Part shown: piece by piece, positions 58,497 through 64,000 of the stretch
Numbering within the stretch: the stretch's first letter is position 1
Layout: the number at the start of each line of letters is the position of its first letter
DNA from: a virus
Lineage: Duplodnaviria; Caudoviricetes
IMG/VR virus record: IMGVR_UViG_2791355306_000002
Location: 2,603-66,602 of that record
Length of the DNA stretch: 64,000 nt
Direction: 5' to 3' (one strand)
Program-made: the position numbers and the translations under genes
Notes under the pieces: model-generated
Database searches by the model: none
What the model was told of the DNA's origin: nothing
The model's input: only the letters and a program-made list of their open reading frames with translations

Positions 58497-58761
58497 TATA
58501 AGAAATCTTGCAAATCGTGTATATGAAAAAGATACTAGGGTAAAACATTTCTTATGTAAATATGAATTTCAAGATCTTGTAAAAAGTATATTTGAAGAGA
58601 TAAAAGAGATAACCTTAAAAGAAGGAGATACATTATATATAGGTAATCTTGGAAAATTCTATCTTAAGAATCGTAAAGGTGTAACTCCTTTTAATAAAAA
58701 ACCATACGATACAACTACTTTAGATTTAAAACTTTACAAAAGATTTAGAATAAAAAAATAA
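58489..58761 (+). CDS. HU/IHF-like DNA-binding protein
   Basis: LYIGNLGKFYLKNRKGVTP. Confidence 0.7.
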   Translation: MADIRNLANRVYEKDTRVKHFLCKYEFQDLVKSIFEEIKEITLKEGDTLYIGNLGKFYLKNRKGVTPFNKKPYDTTTLDLKLYKRFRIKK

Positions 58762-58770
58762 AGGTTAATC

Positions 58771-60555
58771 ATGATAAACCCAAATAGTTTAAAAATATAC
58801 CAAGAGACATATTTTTTACCTAATGAAGATTATGCTTCTTGGGTAGATAGAATGACTATTGATCGTATCCATACTGGTAAAACTATAGACCCTTTAGGTA
58901 CAGATTTAGAATTCTTAAAAAGAATGAAAAAGTATATAACAAATCAATGGTTTCACCCAGCTACTCCAATAGCTTCTAACTTAGGTAGTAATAGAGGACT
59001 ACCTATTAGTTGTTTTGTAAGAGAGATAGAAGATTCTAAAGAAGGAATATTCTTTGCCTTTAATGAAGCTTTCTATCTAGGTAGTGAAGGAACAGGAATA
59101 GGAACACTCTGGTCTGATGTAAGACCAGTAGGTTCTCCTATTGCTAATGGTGTAAAAGGAAGTAGTAGTGGTATTATCCCATTTATTGCTATTAGTGATA
59201 GAGCTACATTAGCTGTATCTCAAGGAGGTATTAGAAGAGCTGCTGAAGCTGTATATTTAGATATCTCTCATCCTGAAATTGAAGAGTTTATAAATATTAG
59301 AAAACCTGATAGAGAACAAAATAGAAGTTGTCCTAATATCCATCATGCTGTAATCATTACTGATGAGTTTATGAAAGCAGTAGAGTCTAGAAGTATGTTT
59401 AATCTAATAGACCCTAAAACTAAACAAGTAGTAAAAGAGATAGATGCTTTTAAACTCTTTTGTTCTATCTTAGATGTTAGAACTAGATTTCAAGGAGAAC
59501 CATATCTATTCTTTAAAGATAATGCTAACAAAAATAGATCTAAACTTTATAAAGATACTAATAAAGAGATTAGATTATCTAACCTATGTACAGAGATAAA
59601 TTTACATACAGACTATGATAAATCTAATGTATGTTGCTTAGGTTCAATTAATCTAGAAAAGTTTGATGAATTCAGTAACGAATTCGAACAACTCGTTAAA
59701 GACTCTTTAAGATATCTAGACCATATCTTAGATTGTTTTGTAATTAGAGTATTAGGATTTGAAAATGGTAAAGAAGAAGCCTTTACTAGAGCTTTAAAAG
59801 GTATTAAAGAGGATAGACCACTGGGTCTAGGAGTTATGGGATTTCATAGTTTATTACAAAAACATTCTATAGCCTTTGAAGATTTAAATGCTAGTGCTTT
59901 TAATGATATTATATTTAATAGAATGAATGAAGCAGTTAAAGCTTATGAGAAAGAGTGTAAAGAAGATAGGTATCTTCCACCTTGTAAATTAACTTCACAA
60001 GAGAATTATTATAGAAATGCTACTCATATAGCTATAGCTCCTACTATGTCTATATCTAATCTATGTAATTTTACATCTCAAGGTATAGAACCATTTATGT
60101 CTAACTTTTATACTAAAAAGTTAAAACAAGGAAGTTTTCAAATTAAAAATCCTTACTTAGATAAAGTATTAAAAGATATAGCTAAAGAGAATGGTTATAC
60201 AGATACTTGGGTAGAAGATAGATGGAGAGATATAGTAAATGATGGTGGATCAGTTCAAAATCTAGATTGTTTAGATGAACATCAAAAAAGAGTATTTAAA
60301 ACAGCATTTGAGATAAATCAATTCTCAATTATCACCCTAGCTGCTAGAAGACAAAAGTATATAGACCAAGGACAATCAGTAAATCTATTCTTTAGAGCTG
60401 GTGAGAGTGTTAAGTATATCTATGATGTACATTTAAAAGCTTGGCAAAGAGGTCTTAATGCTTTGTATTATCAAAGAAGCTTAGCTGAATCTAGAGTTAA
60501 ATCATCTAATACTAGACAGGTAATAGAAGTTAAAGAGTGTGAGGTATGTCAATGA
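58771..60555 (+). CDS. nrdA: Ribonucleotide reductase class I alpha subunit
   Basis: ATP..ISCF, SNLCTE, IAPT, IDQGQS, LYY, C-terminal CEVC. Confidence 0.95.
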   Translation: MINPNSLKIYQETYFLPNEDYASWVDRMTIDRIHTGKTIDPLGTDLEFLKRMKKYITNQWFHPATPIASNLGSNRGLPISCFVREIEDSKEGIFFAFNEAFYLGSEGTGIGTLWSDVRPVGSPIANGVKGSSSGIIPFIAISDRATLAVSQGGIRRAAEAVYLDISHPEIEEFINIRKPDREQNRSCPNIHHAVIITDEFMKAVESRSMFNLIDPKTKQVVKEIDAFKLFCSILDVRTRFQGEPYLFFKDNANKNRSKLYKDTNKEIRLSNLCTEINLHTDYDKSNVCCLGSINLEKFDEFSNEFEQLVKDSLRYLDHILDCFVIRVLGFENGKEEAFTRALKGIKEDRPLGLGVMGFHSLLQKHSIAFEDLNASAFNDIIFNRMNEAVKAYEKECKEDRYLPPCKLTSQENYYRNATHIAIAPTMSISNLCNFTSQGIEPFMSNFYTKKLKQGSFQIKNPYLDKVLKDIAKENGYTDTWVEDRWRDIVNDGGSVQNLDCLDEHQKRVFKTAFEINQFSIITLAARRQKYIDQGQSVNLFFRAGESVKYIYDVHLKAWQRGLNALYYQRSLAESRVKSSNTRQVIEVKECEVCQ

Positions 60556-61553
60556 GTTTGGTTACTAGATATGGATTACCATTATATAAAACTAAAGAAG
60601 GTTTTAGATATCCCAAAGCTTTAGAGTTTTGGGATACTCATGATAAGATGGTATGGCATAAACATGAGGTTAGCTTAGGTGAAGATGTAAAACATTTTCA
60701 CCAAGCTTCACAAGAAGAAAAAGAGTTTATTATAAATATTCTTAGACTATTTACTCAAAATGATACTCAAGCTACTAGTGGTTATACTACTATGCTTAGA
60801 ATCTTTAAACCATTTGAAGTAACAGCAATGTTAGCTAGTTTCTTAGATAGAGAGATTACTCATGTTCAAGCCTATGCTAATCTAACTGATACATTAGGTT
60901 TAGGAGATCAGGTATATACTGAATTCTTAGAAATACCAGTTATGGAAAATAAGATATCTTATCTAGAAAAAGCTAAGGTTAAAAAGTATGAAGAGTATAA
61001 AGCCTTAGGTATGACTGATGTAGAAGTAGATAGAGAGTATAGGAGAAGTATAGCTAGAATGTTAGCTGTATATGCTTCAGGACTTGAATCAGTAGAGCTT
61101 ATGGCTCAATTTGCTATGTTACTTACATATCAAGAACAAGGTAAATATCCAGGTATGTGCGATACTGTTATATGGTCTATAAAAGATGAACAGATACATG
61201 TACTTGGTAACTCTTGGTTATTTAGAGAATTTATAAAAGAGAATCCTGATATATGGGACGATTCTTTAAAATTTGATATCTATCAAGCTATGAGAGAAAT
61301 TGTAGCAGGAGAAGATTCTTTACTTGAGTATCTTAATCCTCCTCACCTAGATAAAGAGCTATTTAAACAATATGTTAGACATAGAGCTGACTTTGCTTTA
61401 AAAGAGATAGGAATGAAACCTAACTGGGGAGTAGAGATAAATCCATTACCATATATGGATACAGTTACTGCTCCAGTACTGGCTGATTTCTTTAGTTCTA
61501 GAGTTACAGAGTATTCTACAAATTTAAATGGCTCTTGGGAAGACTTAAGGTAA
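60546..61553 (+). CDS. nrdB: Ribonucleotide reductase class I beta subunit
   Basis: FTQND, REITHVQAY, DEQIH, DFFS.RVTEY. Confidence 0.93.
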   Translation: MSMSLVTRYGLPLYKTKEGFRYPKALEFWDTHDKMVWHKHEVSLGEDVKHFHQASQEEKEFIINILRLFTQNDTQATSGYTTMLRIFKPFEVTAMLASFLDREITHVQAYANLTDTLGLGDQVYTEFLEIPVMENKISYLEKAKVKKYEEYKALGMTDVEVDREYRRSIARMLAVYASGLESVELMAQFAMLLTYQEQGKYPGMCDTVIWSIKDEQIHVLGNSWLFREFIKENPDIWDDSLKFDIYQAMREIVAGEDSLLEYLNPPHLDKELFKQYVRHRADFALKEIGMKPNWGVEINPLPYMDTVTAPVLADFFSSRVTEYSTNLNGSWEDLR

Positions 61554-61564
61554 GAGGTTAGCAG

Positions 61565-61747
61565 ATGGAATCCATTTTTTTATCACTTATTTTCACAGCT
61601 TTTAATGTGCTTACTGTATTGTGTGTTACAGCTGTAATTATATCTACACTAATTAATTATAGAAATCCTAAAGGAGATAAAGATGAGAATAGAACAAACA
61701 TTAGACGAAAGAAGAGAAACTCATGGAGATTTTGGCAGAGTAGCTAA
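61565..61747 (+). CDS. Small membrane protein
   Basis: Hydrophobic N-terminal helix. Confidence 0.5.
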   Translation: MESIFLSLIFTAFNVLTVLCVTAVIISTLINYRNPKGDKDENRTNIRRKKRNSWRFWQSS

Positions 61748-61982
61748 ACTCCATGTAGAACTAATAGAGTGTTTTAGAACACACTCTACTAACACTTGGG
61801 AAGTAGATTATATTGAAACTCAAATGGTAGCTTTAGATATGATACTACATAAAATAGCTAGGATAGGCTCAGGAAAGGTTGATGAAATAGACCATTGGAG
61901 AGATATTGCAGGATATGCTACTTTAGTTGTTAAAGAGTTAGAAAAACAACGAGGATTAGAAGGAATTCAAAATGTTGAATAA
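61683..61982 (+). CDS. DUF6378-like phage protein
   Basis: ER..THGDF, KIARI, DHWRDIAGYA. Confidence 0.8.
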   Translation: MRIEQTLDERRETHGDFGRVAKLHVELIECFRTHSTNTWEVDYIETQMVALDMILHKIARIGSGKVDEIDHWRDIAGYATLVVKELEKQRGLEGIQNVE

Positions 61983-62352
61983 AAAATCATTTAAAAATTA
62001 CTTAGGTAGTATCCTAAGTAATTTTGGAAAAGTCGATTATAGTGGAGATGACTATATAACATTTCAAAGTGGTCCATATAAAATGGATATTTCTTTTAAA
62101 GGAGTGGTTTTTAAGGATAAAAAGATAATCCTTAATGTAAGAACAGGTAATACATTTTATTGTAAAAATAAAAATAAAAATAAAAATAAAAATAAAAATA
62201 AAGAACGAATTGTTCATTATGGTCACTATTTAGTGTATGAAATAGGTATATTAAAAGGTAATAAGATATATATTACTAGTGGTCTTTTAGAACCAGCAAA
62301 AGAAGTAATGGATATTATCCATTACTTAGAAGTAAATAAAGTTAAAAAATAA
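61972..62352 (+). CDS. Hypothetical protein with a (KN)6 tract
   Basis: ORF track. Confidence 0.6.
   Translation: MLNKKSFKNYLGSILSNFGKVDYSGDDYITFQSGPYKMDISFKGVVFKDKKIILNVRTGNTFYCKNKNKNKNKNKNKERIVHYGHYLVYEIGILKGNKIYITSGLLEPAKEVMDIIHYLEVNKVKK
62164..62199 (+). repeat. (AAAAAT)6 in-frame tandem repeat
   Basis: Read directly. Confidence 0.9.
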
Positions 62353-62360
62353 ATAAAATA

Positions 62361-62594
62361 ATGTCTAAAAGGGAACAAATGAAACATTTTGTATTTTTAG
62401 TCGTAATATTTTCATTTGGGTATGGCTTTACTTTTGTTAGTCCGAATGTTATTAGACATGGTTTGTGTGATAATGAATGTAATCAAATAGCTTCTAATAA
62501 AGCACGACAAGAAGGTAAAGATTTTAATAGAGAATATTTCAATAAATGCGTGGATGCTTGTATGAAATATCAAGATTATCATAATTTAAAATAA
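62361..62594 (+). CDS. Small exported/membrane protein with four Cys
   Basis: Signal-like N-terminus, two CxxxC motifs. Confidence 0.55.
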   Translation: MSKREQMKHFVFLVVIFSFGYGFTFVSPNVIRHGLCDNECNQIASNKARQEGKDFNREYFNKCVDACMKYQDYHNLK

Positions 62595-62605
62595 AGGAGA
62601 AGTAA

Positions 62606-62872
62606 ATGAAACTAGATAAATTACAGTTACACCCTGCTCCAATAAGTGATGCTATTTTCTTAGGTGAAATTAAAAATCATATGTATGTTAATAAAATAGA
62701 TTTCACTCAACAATTTTATCTATGTTTAGCTGAAATGTGTGTAAAACAGCTAAGCAAAACTGATGATAGTGAAATTACATTCTCAGCAGAAATCGAAAAT
62801 GGATTGGTCGTAGAGATTAAAGCATGTATCAAAAAGGAAGAAGATGAGACTTCATCAACACCCAATATATGA
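62606..62872 (+). CDS. Hypothetical protein
   Basis: AAGGAG SD. Confidence 0.65.
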   Translation: MKLDKLQLHPAPISDAIFLGEIKNHMYVNKIDFTQQFYLCLAEMCVKQLSKTDDSEITFSAEIENGLVVEIKACIKKEEDETSSTPNI

Positions 62873-63350
62873 AGATTATTTTTACAATGAAGATACTCAT
62901 GAGATATATTGTGAGTATCTAGATCAAATTATCCAACCATCACTTCATAGTAGTGGTTATTATGTATTTATGGTTGAAGACTTTGTAGAATCTACAAAGA
63001 AAAGTTATAGACTCCATAGATTTATTATGGAGTGTCTATTAGGTAGAGAGATTAAAGAAGGTTATGTAATAAACCATATTGATGGTGATAAAGGAAATAA
63101 CCTACCTTCTAATTTAGAAGAAGTTACTATCTCTAGAAATACTAAACATGCTTATGAGAATAACTTAGCTAAAGCTAAGAAAGGTTCAGATAATACTCAA
63201 TCTAAACTTACTCAAAAAGATGTAGAAAAGATTTTTGAGTTAAGAAGAGATGGAGAGAAAGTATCTTCAATAGCTGTTATGTTCGAAATTAGTCCTAAAA
63301 CTGTATATGCTATTTTAGGAAAGAAAAGATGGAAACATCTAGATAAATAG
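62844..63350 (+). CDS. Free-standing HNH endonuclease with C-terminal HTH
   Basis: LHRFI, INHIDGDKGNN..NLE, SKLT..WKH. Confidence 0.88.
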   Translation: MRLHQHPIYEDYFYNEDTHEIYCEYLDQIIQPSLHSSGYYVFMVEDFVESTKKSYRLHRFIMECLLGREIKEGYVINHIDGDKGNNLPSNLEEVTISRNTKHAYENNLAKAKKGSDNTQSKLTQKDVEKIFELRRDGEKVSSIAVMFEISPKTVYAILGKKRWKHLDK

Positions 63351-63406
63351 TTTTATCTAAATTTTACTTAATTTAGTATAATTGATTAAAAATCAAAGGA
63401 TGTAAA

Positions 63407-64000
63407 ATGAAAACATATGTTTTAAATGAATTAAAACAACTAACTATTATCACTGGTGATAGTTTTAGTGGTAAAACAGATTTGCTAAATGAAATATCAA
63501 AAGAAACATGTGAATATTCAAAATTCATTAATTTCGATACAGAAGTAGAAATTGAAATTACTGAAGAATTCAAACACTGGTTTAAATTTATTTTTGGAGT
63601 AGATTTTACACAATCTTCAAAAATCAGTTATGCTTTGAAAATTCTTAGTATTGGTTTAAGTTGTAAGAAAGGTAAATTATTCATCGTTGAAAATCCAGAA
63701 ACTAATCTACATCCAAGAGCTATTTCAAAAATGGGAAAATTCTTCACCTTTCTAGCTAATAATGGTGTAAAAGTATTAATTGAAACAAACTCAAGGGATA
63801 TCGTAAATAGCATTTGTTACGAAGCTTATTTAAAAAACATTAATAATTGTGATGTTGTTTTTTATAATAAAACTAAAGATAATATTGTTAAAATCAATAT
63901 TAATGAAAATGGAAAATTCGTTAATAATAAATACCAATTAGTAAAATATCCAAGTGGATTTTTCGATGCTAACACTGAAGAATTATGGACTTTACTTTAG
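63407..64000 (+). CDS. Compact ABC-type ATPase (AAA_15/21) with DUF3696-like C-terminus
   Basis: TGDSFSGKT, IVENPETNLHP, LIETNS, YPSGFFD; TATAAT at ~63377. Confidence 0.75.
   Translation: MKTYVLNELKQLTIITGDSFSGKTDLLNEISKETCEYSKFINFDTEVEIEITEEFKHWFKFIFGVDFTQSSKISYALKILSIGLSCKKGKLFIVENPETNLHPRAISKMGKFFTFLANNGVKVLIETNSRDIVNSICYEAYLKNINNCDVVFYNKTKDNIVKININENGKFVNNKYQLVKYPSGFFDANTEELWTLL

Larger units (their letters stand above)
1..64000. mobile_element. N4-like (Schitoviridae-type) bacteriophage genome segment
   Basis: Giant virion RNAP, second T7-family RNAP, N4-like order of gp53-59-type structural genes, terminase; no host housekeeping genes or integrase seen. Confidence 0.93.

Noticed and set aside
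42740-63813. Minus-strand ORFs at 42740, 43558, 44693, 51871, 53962, 57042, 62014, 63373 and 63628
   Set aside because: Antisense shadows of plus-strand genes
1-64000. tRNA genes, integrase, or stop-codon recoding
   Set aside because: No cloverleaf/T-loop signature or recombinase motifs noticed; core genes are full length under the standard bacterial code

Overview
AT-rich, CpG-poor segment of an N4-like (Schitoviridae-type) phage genome, probably infecting a Campylobacterota host; the host call is an inference from TGnTATAAT extended -10 promoters and base composition. Positions 1-37527 are the minus-strand virion/packaging arm: a >3470-aa virion RNA polymerase absent from the ORF track, then capsid, portal, lysis, tail and terminase genes. 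The strand switch at about 37530-37950 likely holds the genome ends. Positions 37945-64000 are the plus-strand early/middle/replication arm: single-chain T7-family RNAP, ThyX, a T7-like DNA polymerase split by six small genes, primase, helicase, nuclease, SSB, resolvase, HU and NrdAB. The most unusual signal is a layer of apparent RNA-based control. Long stem-loops have loops antisense to the ribosome-binding sites of the first early gene and of the RNAP gene. Four toxin-like genes (PemK/MazF, NYN and two unannotated membrane peptides) each sit beside a structured RNA rather than a protein antitoxin. Together these suggest an RNA-controlled carrier or episomal state. Also notable is a four-member (Cxx)n cysteine-repeat gene family. 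All family assignments come from motif recognition and synteny by eye, not from database searches.
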